DNA of 60,124 nt from Patescibacteria group bacterium (GTDB lineage Bacteria; Patescibacteriota; Microgenomatia; Curtissbacterales; GWA2-41-24). The notes beneath the pieces are model-generated. The model was not told where the DNA came from. It searched no databases and saw nothing but the letters and a program-made list of their open reading frames with translations. The translations under genes were made by a program, and so were the position numbers. The DNA lies in the NCBI GenBank assembly GCA_038063735.1, contig JBBTUN010000010.1:1-60124 (forward strand), in the 5' to 3' direction. Shown piece after piece: positions 33,801-41,534 of the stretch. How positions within the stretch are numbered: the stretch's first letter is position 1; every line of letters begins with the position of its first letter.

Positions 33801-34133
33801 GTAAATTCTGTTGTGTTTATTGTCAAGGGAAACATAAATGTGGCAACTTCGGTGCAAACTATTCGCGCTGTTTTAATTGCAGGCGGATCGTTTACAGACG
33901 GAACTAATGGTGGAGAAATATCGACGGGTATGGGTACTTCCGGCAAGCTTTTGATATGGGGTGCTCTTTATGTTGATGGGCAAATGAATTTGGTAAGGCA
34001 TTGGGGTGGAGGAGACATTGGTTTGAATGCAACTACACCTTCACTACAGGCTGCCAGCTATTTTGCCAACATTCCTTTACTTAACTCGATTCTTTCAACA
34101 TCTCCGGTTGGTTGGAAGGAAGTGGCGCCGTAA
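30867..34133 (+). CDS. giant secreted multidomain protein B (paralog of A)
   Basis: 1088 aa with signal peptide MRKFVFGVALFLGLFFLKSVSADA. The motifs 'QDVHCTTPN', 'YYWRVRA', 'STNENEFWLEV' and 'GFFETFRGDVG' occur in the same order as in A. The protein ends 'WKEVAP'. Confidence 0.65.
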   Translation: MRKFVFGVALFLGLFFLKSVSADAALAATISGILDNRQGSIPVTVSLYVTNESGGSAGSFSQTVAQGTSSTFFQTITSGDFPSVTWFTSCNSGATTTSGSAGAYTFTPQDVHCTTPNSTVSLTSTSCAGTTGNVGWKVNLYPAPNNTPNIANFKIFKAVAPASADTDTSPITVPLGTSPYSQNLTGLSTGAYNVKVVAYANSPDGGSSVSATGQFTCNTTVVTVPTNLVSTVTCSGSNVRVDFTWAAAAGTTIVGYYVETSTAITDPGPGGSWNGPGVTPSPPTNTYAKIESGLSGATTYWWHVKATPQTGSLLYSSSLQFTTNPLSSCYQAANARETKTCYGGNTGDINFIWDTATPTFAITSQYIQFSTDPNFVASSDWSVTVDAASYTFYSFNTYFLPATRYWRIKTQMGGQWYYSNARLFWTPSQCNTGVSMTAGGVSYCAGDTPSFRFQLLPSGQQPLAYYVGTGPNGLNVTFVAAFDNYSLDLDNGPSGHYWLRHWNFAAAYYDLGNLAPASCSAAVNTPAAPTSLGYPALNTTCDVNKKPHVGFTFKDNSTNENEFWLEVSSQPFTGPSTTNPDNVWAKKVITRTDGTTTGDTITFDWYDATTTNTAGRMEFPNANPQAPPASELVPLDYVSYYWRVRAYNSGSAISSAIMYPNGSALSTSVPTGLSFMITPPCQLRHDLKTEIVSGSWRNSSGVQTQSFVASENVSVDVLVTNVVGANVTTSPALTPLYFYYKGGASMPDCTVGTSGGTAPPDGAIPAVPQLYTINALAPGDTQTITVLFNVGSSVSAFTAYAYAAPTCTFTDLGTDPSWGNNKSNGFSYTVGVNGFFETFRGDVGSGGKISVGVNSSAFATPIYQSEYAIGAVDINNTNSNVQSKNNLELDGYSKNLVPSGGVYKYFADRFLAKAKANDPLGQTCTLTHGATYNLGNKFYYCAGTANIDALSLVSGNPVFFIDGDLNINNNAGWNTPSNVNSVVFIVKGNINVATSVQTIRAVLIAGGSFTDGTNGGEISTGMGTSGKLLIWGALYVDGQMNLVRHWGGGDIGLNATTPSLQAASYFANIPLLNSILSTSPVGWKEVAP

Positions 34134-34152
34134 AAACTGCGGAGCAGTTTTG

Positions 34153-34280
34153 GTGGACAGTAGACAGTTCACAGTAGACGGTTAACAGTTAATTGTTCAC
34201 GGTTCACGGTGAGAAAGTTGACAGAAAGCGGTTCACGGTTCACAGAAAAGAGTTAACGGTCAACCGTTTACGGTTTACAG
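34153..34280 (+). repeat. long degenerate heptamer array, GTTCAC sense
   Basis: ggacagtagacagttcacagtagacggttaacagttaattgttcacggttcacggtgagaaagttgacagaaagcggttcacggttcacag... It is preceded by the hairpin aaaactgc-gga-gcagtttt (34133-34151). Confidence 0.9.
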
Positions 34281-34281
34281 A

Positions 34282-34632
34282 TTAGGGTTTAACAGAATTT
34301 TTCAAAGCGTTTATTCTTTTTGCCAAATTATCTACTCGTGGGTAAATTTCTTCGAATTCATTAGGTGTAATGTATTTAAGCTCTAAACAGATCTTTAAAA
34401 GTGGTACTAATTCATAACACGAGCCACGAGATATGTCTAAAAAATGACGAAAATCCTTTTTACTTCTTGAAGAACCTTCTGCAATGTTTAAAGAGATGGA
34501 AACAACAGCTCTTCTAATCTGGCTGGTAAGACCGAAAAGCTCTTCTCTGGGAAACTTTTTGCTAAATTTGTAAATATCTAAAGCTAGTTTTAAGGAGTCT
34601 TGGTAAACATTTAAATTTTCAAAACTCAGCAT
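34282..34632 (-). CDS. four-helix-bundle protein (23S rRNA intervening-sequence protein / Avd-like family)
   Basis: 'FENLNVYQDSLKLALDIYKFSKKFPREELFGLTSQIRRAVVSISLNIAEGSSRSKKDFRHFLDISRGSCYEL' is the family signature. Confidence 0.8.
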   Translation of the reverse strand: MLSFENLNVYQDSLKLALDIYKFSKKFPREELFGLTSQIRRAVVSISLNIAEGSSRSKKDFRHFLDISRGSCYELVPLLKICLELKYITPNEFEEIYPRVDNLAKRINALKNSVKP

Positions 34633-34643
34633 TTGTTTTATTC

Positions 34644-34762
34644 TACTATGAACAGTGAACCATTTACTGCCTACCGTGAACTGTCCGCTGTGAACTTCTG
34701 ACCTATTTTATCTTACTACGAACTATCAACTATGAACCATGAACTGTTAACTGTGAACTTTG
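34644..34762 (+). repeat. long degenerate heptamer array, GTGAAC sense (inverted relative to 34153-34280)
   Basis: ctactatgaacagtgaaccatttactgcctaccgtgaactgtccgctgtgaacttctgacc...ctacgaactatcaactatgaaccatgaactgttaactgtgaac. Confidence 0.9.
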
Positions 34763-34806
34763 ATCCACTTAATACCCGTTTAGGTTAACAAATTTTAAAG
34801 CGCTAC

Positions 34807-35865
34807 TTGATGAAATTTGCGCCAGATGTTAAAAATGCTGCGATGTTTTCTTTGCCCGTTTTTTCTTCAAAGAGGCTTGGAATTGATCTTGGAACATCTA
34901 ATTGCCTGGTTTGGTCCTCCGGTGAAGGTGTGGTTATTTCCGAGCCTAGCGTCGTTGCTATTGACTCCGGCTCGGGCAAAGTGGTTGCTGTTGGTACACA
35001 GGCCCACGAGATGCTGGGGAAGACCGGCAGTGATTTAGTTGCGCAAAAGCCTCTGCGCGACGGAGTAGTGGCCGACTATTTAGTTTGCGAGGCCATGCTT
35101 AAGTATTTTTTGGATCGAGTTTTGAAATCTTCGCGGTTTTTGAAGCCCGAAGTAATGGTTTGCGTGCCTTACGGGATAACTCAGGTAGAAAGAAGGGCAG
35201 TTTTGGAAGCTACGCTCTCTGCGGGCGCCAAAACCGCCTATTTAATAGAGGCGCCGCTTGCGGCCGCAATAGGTGCCAAGCTGCCCATAGACGCGCCTTA
35301 CGGGTCCATGATCGTAGATATAGGTGGAGGCCAGGTGGGAGCAGCGGTTGTTTCCTTGGGAGGAATAGTTGCGGCAGGCAGTGCGCGTGCCGGCGGAGAC
35401 AAATTGAATGAAGCGATAATCACTTACGTTAAGAGAATTCACAATTTGGTAATAGGAGACCGTATGGCCGAGGAAATAAAAACTACAATAGGTTCGGCCA
35501 TTCCTATCAACCCCAAAAAAACCATGGATATAAAGGGGAGAGATTCTATTTCCGGCATGCCTAAAACAACGGTTGTGGATTCCTTAGAGGTAAATGAAGC
35601 GATTAGTCCTATTCTCGGGGCGATTATTGCCACTATAAAGCAGGTTTTGGAGCAAACACCACCTGAGTTGTCATCGGATATTATTGACCGCGGAATCGTG
35701 CTTTGCGGGGGCTCCAGTTATTTAAAGGGTTTGGATAGATATGTGAGTTCCCAGATTGGGGTTAGCGCACACGTTGCCGAGGATGCGATGCAGTGTGTAG
35801 TTTATGGAACCGGCATTGCGCTTGAAAATGTTGATAATTGGCGAAGAATAGTGCAGAAGAGGTAG
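34807..35865 (+). CDS. mreB: rod-shape/actin-like protein MreB
   Basis: 'GIDLGTSNCLVW', 'VVAIDSGSGKVVAVGTQAHEMLGKT', 'PLRDGVVADY', 'MIVDIGGG', 'GIVLCGGSS'. The first codon is TTG, so the true start may be the internal Met (MFSLPVF). Confidence 0.85.
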   Translation: MMKFAPDVKNAAMFSLPVFSSKRLGIDLGTSNCLVWSSGEGVVISEPSVVAIDSGSGKVVAVGTQAHEMLGKTGSDLVAQKPLRDGVVADYLVCEAMLKYFLDRVLKSSRFLKPEVMVCVPYGITQVERRAVLEATLSAGAKTAYLIEAPLAAAIGAKLPIDAPYGSMIVDIGGGQVGAAVVSLGGIVAAGSARAGGDKLNEAIITYVKRIHNLVIGDRMAEEIKTTIGSAIPINPKKTMDIKGRDSISGMPKTTVVDSLEVNEAISPILGAIIATIKQVLEQTPPELSSDIIDRGIVLCGGSSYLKGLDRYVSSQIGVSAHVAEDAMQCVVYGTGIALENVDNWRRIVQKR

Positions 35866-35867
35866 GC

Positions 35868-35935
35868 GGTTCATGGTTCATGGTATTTTGAAAATAGTCT
35901 TTTCTATTAACTATTGACCACTAACTATGAACTAT
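35868..35935. repeat. inverted heptamer pair directly after the mreB stop (terminator-like)
   Basis: ggttcatggttcatggt (35868-35884) is followed by ctattaactattgaccactaactatgaactat (35904-35935). Confidence 0.75.
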
Positions 35936-36709
35936 TTTGTTCTACTTTGCATCTAATTGAGTAGAGGTAACGGAAAATTTCTAAATTTTAATTTCTAAAT
36001 TTTAATTTCTCTTAAATTGTGTTGGGGTTGACCTAAAAAATACAAAAACAAAAAAATTGATGTTACATTTTTGCATTTTTTAACCTATTCGAGCGCCGCT
36101 TGGCGCGAAATTTTTAGTAGCAGTGTATCTACCGGCTTGCCAGTCTACCCTAAATAGTTGATTCGGTTGATACAACAGGTTAATCGGAGATAGAGAATTA
36201 AAGTATTTTTTTAACGTCGCCAGCGCTGTTTTAGTGGCCAATTTCTTGCCGGTTGGTTAGTATTGTTGGCATAAAAGACCGGCGGCTGACGACACTTTTG
36301 AAGCTAAATTGTAATTTCAGTGCCTTTTTTGGTTTTTGTCCCCAGCTACGAATATGGTCCTCGATTTATCCAGGGAATTGTGTTTTGTTGTTTTTCGTGG
36401 CAAAGAGAGCATGTTGACGTTGGGAGAACTTTTTGGATTGTTAACGTAGCTGGAGCTATTGAGCAAAATTGTTTGTTGAGGCTAGAAAAATTGCTACGGG
36501 TAGAATTATCGCAAAAGTAAAAGATGTTGGAAGTGTCTTAGTTTTTTGTATCATTAGGTATCTATGTATATGATATGGCGCTTTTTATATATCAGATATA
36601 TGTCAACTAGCTTCAATATTGAGGCTGAATTGGGCTATTTAGAGTTGAATGAGTTAGAATATTAATGTAACGAAGAACAATTTTATACCTAAAAATTTGG
36701 AGGCGATGA

Positions 36710-37510
36710 ATGGACCCAAAACGGCAGATTAATAATAAAGATATACCAATGGTCGGCAGGCGAATAGATATATTTGGCGTAGGCGTCGATGATATCTCGC
36801 GTGATTTGGCAGTTGAAAAGATTATGAATTTGGCTCGGGACAAGAAAAAGGGTCATTGTGTGGTAACTATTAACAGTGAATTTGTGATGATGGCCAGACG
36901 AAACCGCAAATTTGCCCAAATATTGCAAAACGCCGATTTAGCCTTGCCGGATGGCTGGTGGATCGCCTTTTTGAAGCTAATTTCGGGTGGCAAGGCACAA
37001 GACAGGGTAACAGGTGTAGATCTGGTGGAAGTGGTCTGCCGGCAAGCAAGCGAAAAGGCTATTACAATAGGCTTTTTGGGTGGTTTTGGTAGTGTAGCAG
37101 CAACCGTGGCAAAGCGCCAAAAATCGAAGCTAAATAGCCTCAAGGTTTTGATAGCCGAACCTGGAGATACAACAAAAGGCGCTGATTCGAGGCTAAAAAG
37201 TCGATTTTCTCACCTGGGTAGGGTCGATGTGCTTTTTGTTGCCTATGGCATGGGTAAGCAGGAGTTTTGGATAGACAGAATGCAAAAAAAGTTGAATGTT
37301 GGGGTATTTATTGGGGTAGGTGGTGCTTTTGACTATTTGAGTGGCGCGAAAAAAAGGGCGCCGGATGTGTTACAAAATTTGGGGCTTGAATGGTTATGGC
37401 GACTTTTTTGGCAACCGACAAGAATTTGGCGACAAAGAATTATCCCGGTGTTTTTTTTGATGATTTTGGCAAAATTGGCAAAAGAGAAAGTTTTTCGAAA
37501 AGTTTTTTGA
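36710..37510 (+). CDS. WecB/TagA/CpsF-family glycosyltransferase
   Basis: 'IDIFGVGVDDIS', 'VVTINSEFVMMA', 'ADLALPDGWWI', 'LFVAYGMGKQEFWI'. SD sequence TTGGAGG. Confidence 0.7.
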   Translation: MDPKRQINNKDIPMVGRRIDIFGVGVDDISRDLAVEKIMNLARDKKKGHCVVTINSEFVMMARRNRKFAQILQNADLALPDGWWIAFLKLISGGKAQDRVTGVDLVEVVCRQASEKAITIGFLGGFGSVAATVAKRQKSKLNSLKVLIAEPGDTTKGADSRLKSRFSHLGRVDVLFVAYGMGKQEFWIDRMQKKLNVGVFIGVGGAFDYLSGAKKRAPDVLQNLGLEWLWRLFWQPTRIWRQRIIPVFFLMILAKLAKEKVFRKVF

Positions 37511-37826
37511 AAAGTAAAATTTTTGACAAATTTTTCAAAATTTAAAAATAAGGGCTCCTAGTATATTGTTATTAACGCTTTTTTAAAGCTTATAGATAAT
37601 TTTAAATTTTAAATTTTTAATTTTAAATTTTTAACGATCTGGCTTTAAAAATGATGCATTTGGCTAGGTTAAATAACTTACTCAAAATTGTATTTTTTGC
37701 TAAAAAGTTTCTCTAAAAAATATTGACTGATAGTAAAATTAGTGTATTTTTGTCGTTGATGGTTTTTGACCTTTGATGCTAGACTGAAGTTGTGGCTTAG
37801 GGCCCAGCTTTAACTGCCATATTCTT

Positions 37827-38711
37827 ATGCCTAAGTACGTTCCCGATATTACTACAGACAGATGGGTAATTATTGCCGAGGGTAGGACTAAAAGACCTAC
37901 AGATAACAAGCCAATTGCGCCCAATGTAAATAAAATATGTGTTTTTTGTCCCGGGTTTGAGCGTTTGCCTGGAGAAGAGCTATTTAGAATAGGCGAAGGC
38001 GAGCCTTACGAACGTGGCTGGAAAGTGCGGGTAATTGCCAATAAATACCCAATAACAGATTTCCATGAGGTCATCGTTCATTCTCCCGATGACGAAGTGG
38101 ATATAGACAGGCTGCCACTTGCGCAGATAGAGGCGATAATAAACGCTTATCGGGCCAGATTCAATGCAAATGCTACTCGCGGTCACGTTATAATTTTTAA
38201 CAACGTTGGTGAGGCCGCAGGAGCCTCGATAAAACATCCACATTCTCAGCTTGTTGTTGTTCCAAAGCAAATCAATATCGATACGCTTGCGCTCGAGCCT
38301 ATTGTAAACGTCGTCCGCGACAATAAGTTCTTTGTTGTTTTTTGTCCGGATTTTTCCCAATGGCCATTTGAGGTTTGGATTGCACCCAAAACGCGCGGCA
38401 AGTTTTTTGGGGAAATAACGGACGATGAAATAAAAGATTTGGCTTTTCTATTAAAAGAGACATTAAATAGGTTGTTTTTCCATCTGGCTGGGGCTAAGCA
38501 TATTCATCCCGGTATGCCGATGGTGCCGTTTAACGCCGGGCCTGCGTATAATTACTATATTCATCATGGAAAAGACTGGTATTTGAGAATTGTGCCAAGA
38601 CTTGTGCATAGGGCGGGGTTTGAACTCGGAACAGGAATTCAGGTTAACTTAGTAGACCCGTCGGACGCTGCCGAGACGCTGAGGCAGGAGGTAGAGAGTA
38701 CGAGTAGTTAA
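37827..38711 (+). CDS. galT: galactose-1-phosphate uridylyltransferase (HIT superfamily)
   Basis: 'CVFCPG' and the 'KHPHSQLVV' active-site motif. Confidence 0.75.
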   Translation: MPKYVPDITTDRWVIIAEGRTKRPTDNKPIAPNVNKICVFCPGFERLPGEELFRIGEGEPYERGWKVRVIANKYPITDFHEVIVHSPDDEVDIDRLPLAQIEAIINAYRARFNANATRGHVIIFNNVGEAAGASIKHPHSQLVVVPKQINIDTLALEPIVNVVRDNKFFVVFCPDFSQWPFEVWIAPKTRGKFFGEITDDEIKDLAFLLKETLNRLFFHLAGAKHIHPGMPMVPFNAGPAYNYYIHHGKDWYLRIVPRLVHRAGFELGTGIQVNLVDPSDAAETLRQEVESTSS

Positions 38712-38742
38712 TAGTAAATGGTTAAGGGTTGATGGGTAGAGT

Positions 38743-39543
38743 TTAGGCTTGAGCTAGTATTTGTCGGATTATAGTTTTGGTGTCTTCGGGGCCTTCTACT
38801 TTGCAATAATCTATGGATGTTTTTGTGACTGCATAATCGTTTCCGCCGGGGAAGATAGCATCCCCAATAAAGAGCATGTTCTTAATTTTTACCTTCAAAA
38901 ATTTTTCCATTTGATACAGCCCATAGGCTTTGTCGATGCCTTTTTTGGTTATATCAATAGATGTATATCCTGCCGAATGAACGGCTAAATCTGGTAGATG
39001 TTTTTCCAGGTGGCTTGCAATTTTTAGCTTCAAAGGAGTATTTTCCTCTTTCCATTTGGTTTTGAGTTCTACGCCTTCATCGCCCAGGGCTTTTACTACA
39101 TCTTGTCCTAAAGCGGACCAAGTTACCTGAGTCCCACGATTTTCGATTACCTGGCCATAAGTTTTTTGTGGTTTTTGGTAGCTGATTTCTTTAAATACCT
39201 TCTCGAAGGCTGACATAATCCTGGCAATTTCATCTTTTGACAAATCATGTTCGTATACTTTTTCCCACCCGTTATCATAACGGAAGAAAGTTGTAGCAGT
39301 AACCGGGAACAAGGATAAATTTGTTAGAAGATTTTCTGGTATTTTTAACTCGTTTAAAAACTGGTGTTGGAAGAGTTCCAGCTTGCCACCGCCGATAACT
39401 GCCACTTTCTTGACCGTAAGCAGCTTTTCAATGAGTTTGCCCATCTCCTGGTCAATAGTTGACTTAGTTGGTGCGAGTGTGCCGTCGAGGTCAAAGACAA
39501 TAAGGTCTTTGTTTTTTATGCTTTTTTGGCTGGTAATATCCAT
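38743..39543 (-). CDS. HAD-IIB phosphatase/phosphomannomutase-like hydrolase
   Basis: 'IVFDLDGTLAP' (DxDGT) and 'GDAIFPGGNDY'. The start is taken at the ATG at 39543 (MDITSQ); the ORF track extends to a TTG at 39642. Confidence 0.65.
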   Translation of the reverse strand: MDITSQKSIKNKDLIVFDLDGTLAPTKSTIDQEMGKLIEKLLTVKKVAVIGGGKLELFQHQFLNELKIPENLLTNLSLFPVTATTFFRYDNGWEKVYEHDLSKDEIARIMSAFEKVFKEISYQKPQKTYGQVIENRGTQVTWSALGQDVVKALGDEGVELKTKWKEENTPLKLKIASHLEKHLPDLAVHSAGYTSIDITKKGIDKAYGLYQMEKFLKVKIKNMLFIGDAIFPGGNDYAVTKTSIDYCKVEGPEDTKTIIRQILAQA

Positions 39544-39673
39544 GTAATCGAAGAATAAGCCTGGAAATATTTTAGCATATCCTTTTAAAAACCAAAAAAG
39601 GGGATTGTGAGAATGACAGGTGATTATTTTAGCCTCAAACAAAGCTAAGATAATGCTTATAGGTTACGGGATG

Positions 39674-40423
39674 TTATTTATTGAGGATATTTAGTACTTG
39701 TTTATGGACTAAGCCATTTGAAAATATTCCAGTGTCTGATGCGAGGGAGAAACGGCCGTTAAAATCGGTGAACTTGCCACCGGCCTCTTCGACCAGAATT
39801 GCAGGTGCAGCGTAGTCCCAAATGGAACCATGACCGGAGATATTAACATCGGCTTGACCTTTTAAAACCATGTTTAGCCCATTGCAATCACTCGCACCGC
39901 GTTTTCCTTGCGACATTTTTGCAATTGTCACGACATTATTTACATTGTTGCTGGCAATGAAATGGTTTATGGAACTATGGACAATAAAGCTTTTTTGGAG
40001 GTCTCTGACTTTTGAGACATGAGTTTTTTTGCCATTCAGAAAAGTACCCTTTTCTCTTTGACATGTAAATATTTCGTTGGTTGCAGGGGAGTTGTATATA
40101 CCTATTATAGGTTTTCCATCTTCTAATACGGCGAGTAATGTACCCCAGTCTTTGATACCTCTTACGAAAGATTTTGTGCCGTCAATGGGGTCAACAACCC
40201 ATTGATATTTAGCTTTTGGATTTGTATTCTCAAGTTCCTCACCGATAAAGCCATGATCTGGAAATTTATCCAGCACAATTTGTCTGATTGCTTTTTCAGC
40301 CTCGATATCGGCTTTGGTGACAGGGCTGCTGTCGGGTTTGTAGGTGACTTTAGGGATATGCTTAAAGTAACTTAGGGCGATTTGGCCACCCTCTTTTGCT
40401 GCTTTGATTGCGATGTCTAACAT
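39674..40423 (-). CDS. inositol monophosphatase family protein
   Basis: 'FIGEE' and 'WVVDPIDGTKSFVRG'. Confidence 0.8.
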   Translation of the reverse strand: MLDIAIKAAKEGGQIALSYFKHIPKVTYKPDSSPVTKADIEAEKAIRQIVLDKFPDHGFIGEELENTNPKAKYQWVVDPIDGTKSFVRGIKDWGTLLAVLEDGKPIIGIYNSPATNEIFTCQREKGTFLNGKKTHVSKVRDLQKSFIVHSSINHFIASNNVNNVVTIAKMSQGKRGASDCNGLNMVLKGQADVNISGHGSIWDYAAPAILVEEAGGKFTDFNGRFSLASDTGIFSNGLVHKQVLNILNK

Positions 40424-40702
40424 GTTTGATTTTGAGTATAGAAGTTATTGAGCAGTTTTGCAATTTCTAAAAAGGAAAGTTTTTTGACAAAAAATAGGGG
40501 TAATAAATTTATTCAACGGAAATCTTGGGGGATTTAGGGTTTGAAGAGAATCTGCGGCTTCTTCCTAAGTCTTAAGCTATTGATCTATGCGTCGGATTTG
40601 GAAGTGTACGCCGTTTATACGGTCTGTTACGGCCTCCTGGCTTTGGAAATGGGAGGGTTTTTCCGTCATGGGGCTTATAGAAAGTGAAAAAAATGAAAGA
40701 AT

Positions 40703-40915
40703 TTATTGATTTAGGGAAGTGTCGCCGGACTTTACCGCTCCCAATAGCCATAAAACAGCTTCTTTCTTATATCTGCGATCCCCGCGGGAGTTTATACGGA
40801 TTGCGGGAAGTTTACCCCGCTTGCCCCATCTTTTTACTGTGAGGGGAGCAACGCGAAGAATCTTTGCTACTTCTTTTACTGTTAACAAATCCGGCCAGTC
40901 GTCTCCTAGTGACAT
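40703..40915 (-). CDS. excisionase/MerR-type helix-turn-helix DNA-binding protein
   Basis: 'LLTVKEVAKILRVAPLTVKRWGKRGKLPAIRINSRGDRRY'. Confidence 0.65.
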   Translation of the reverse strand: MSLGDDWPDLLTVKEVAKILRVAPLTVKRWGKRGKLPAIRINSRGDRRYKKEAVLWLLGAVKSGDTSLNQ

Positions 40916-40917
40916 AT

Positions 40918-40955
40918 TAAATGGTTGATGGTTGATAGTTTATGGTTCATAGTTA
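40918..40955 (+). repeat. heptamer array abutting the HTH gene start codon
   Basis: taaATGGTTG ATGGTTG ATAGTTT ATGGTTC ATAGTTA. Confidence 0.85.
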
Positions 40956-41135
40956 AGCTGGCAGAAGTTTATGATTGTGAGTGAGTCTTATTACAAAACT
41001 AGCAAATCATTTACGGACTCGAATATATCAACAAAAAAAAATTTAATCAACCCCTCAAAATTGGAGTAAAGTAGGAAAATTGCCATTATTGCGCGATTTG
41101 ACCTTTTTTACCCTATTGTTCATATAATTAAGGGA

Positions 41136-41534
41136 GTGATGGTTTCGTCCAATAAATTTTGGGGGTTTGTGTTTGTAGTTGGTGTTTTTACACTTTCTAT
41201 TCTTTTGTATGCCTTTTTTTCGACCAGTAATGATAAAACCGAAGCAAGCACGGTTCAGGAAACTTCGAATGGTGATTTGGTTGTCGTGGTTGATGACAAA
41301 GGTTTTAAGCCTCGGACAACAGAAGCTGGCGTAGGCACGTCTGTGAAATGGGTTAACAGAGGTGCAGGCGTGCATAGTGTTACATTTGGGGTTAGTGCCA
41401 GTCTTGAAAATTTGACCCATATAGACCAGGCCCTAAAGCCTTTCGAGACTTTGACTTTTAAGTTTGAGAAGAGCGGTAGTTTTAATTATTATGACAAAAA
41501 TTCCGGGTTTACCGGGGTAATTGAAGTCAAATGA
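41136..41534 (+). CDS. membrane-anchored cupredoxin-fold-like protein (no obvious Cys copper ligand)
   Basis: 'VVVDDKGFKPRTTEAGVGTSVKWVNRGAGVHSVTF...FKFEKSGSFNYYD'. Confidence 0.4.
   Translation: MMVSSNKFWGFVFVVGVFTLSILLYAFFSTSNDKTEASTVQETSNGDLVVVVDDKGFKPRTTEAGVGTSVKWVNRGAGVHSVTFGVSASLENLTHIDQALKPFETLTFKFEKSGSFNYYDKNSGFTGVIEVK

Noticed and set aside
26474-34133. The giant proteins as RHS/YD-repeat or polymorphic toxins, RTX proteins or autotransporters.
   Set aside because: I saw no YD/RHS repeats, no GGxGxD nonapeptides, no C-terminal beta-barrel-like pattern and no downstream immunity-like small ORF. The architecture is Fn3-like modules plus a shared C-terminal module.
34282-34632. A possible diversity-generating retroelement, because the four-helix-bundle proteins (here and at 57127-57498) belong to the family that includes the DGR accessory protein Avd.
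   Set aside because: No reverse transcriptase ORF is present in the window. I found no template/variable repeat pair with adenine-specific mismatches, and no C-type-lectin target gene next to either copy.
36320-36520. A 66-aa ORF in the large non-coding gap.
   Set aside because: It has no SD, an unusual Cys/Phe/Trp-rich composition and no similarity to anything I recognise. It is treated as non-coding pending a search.
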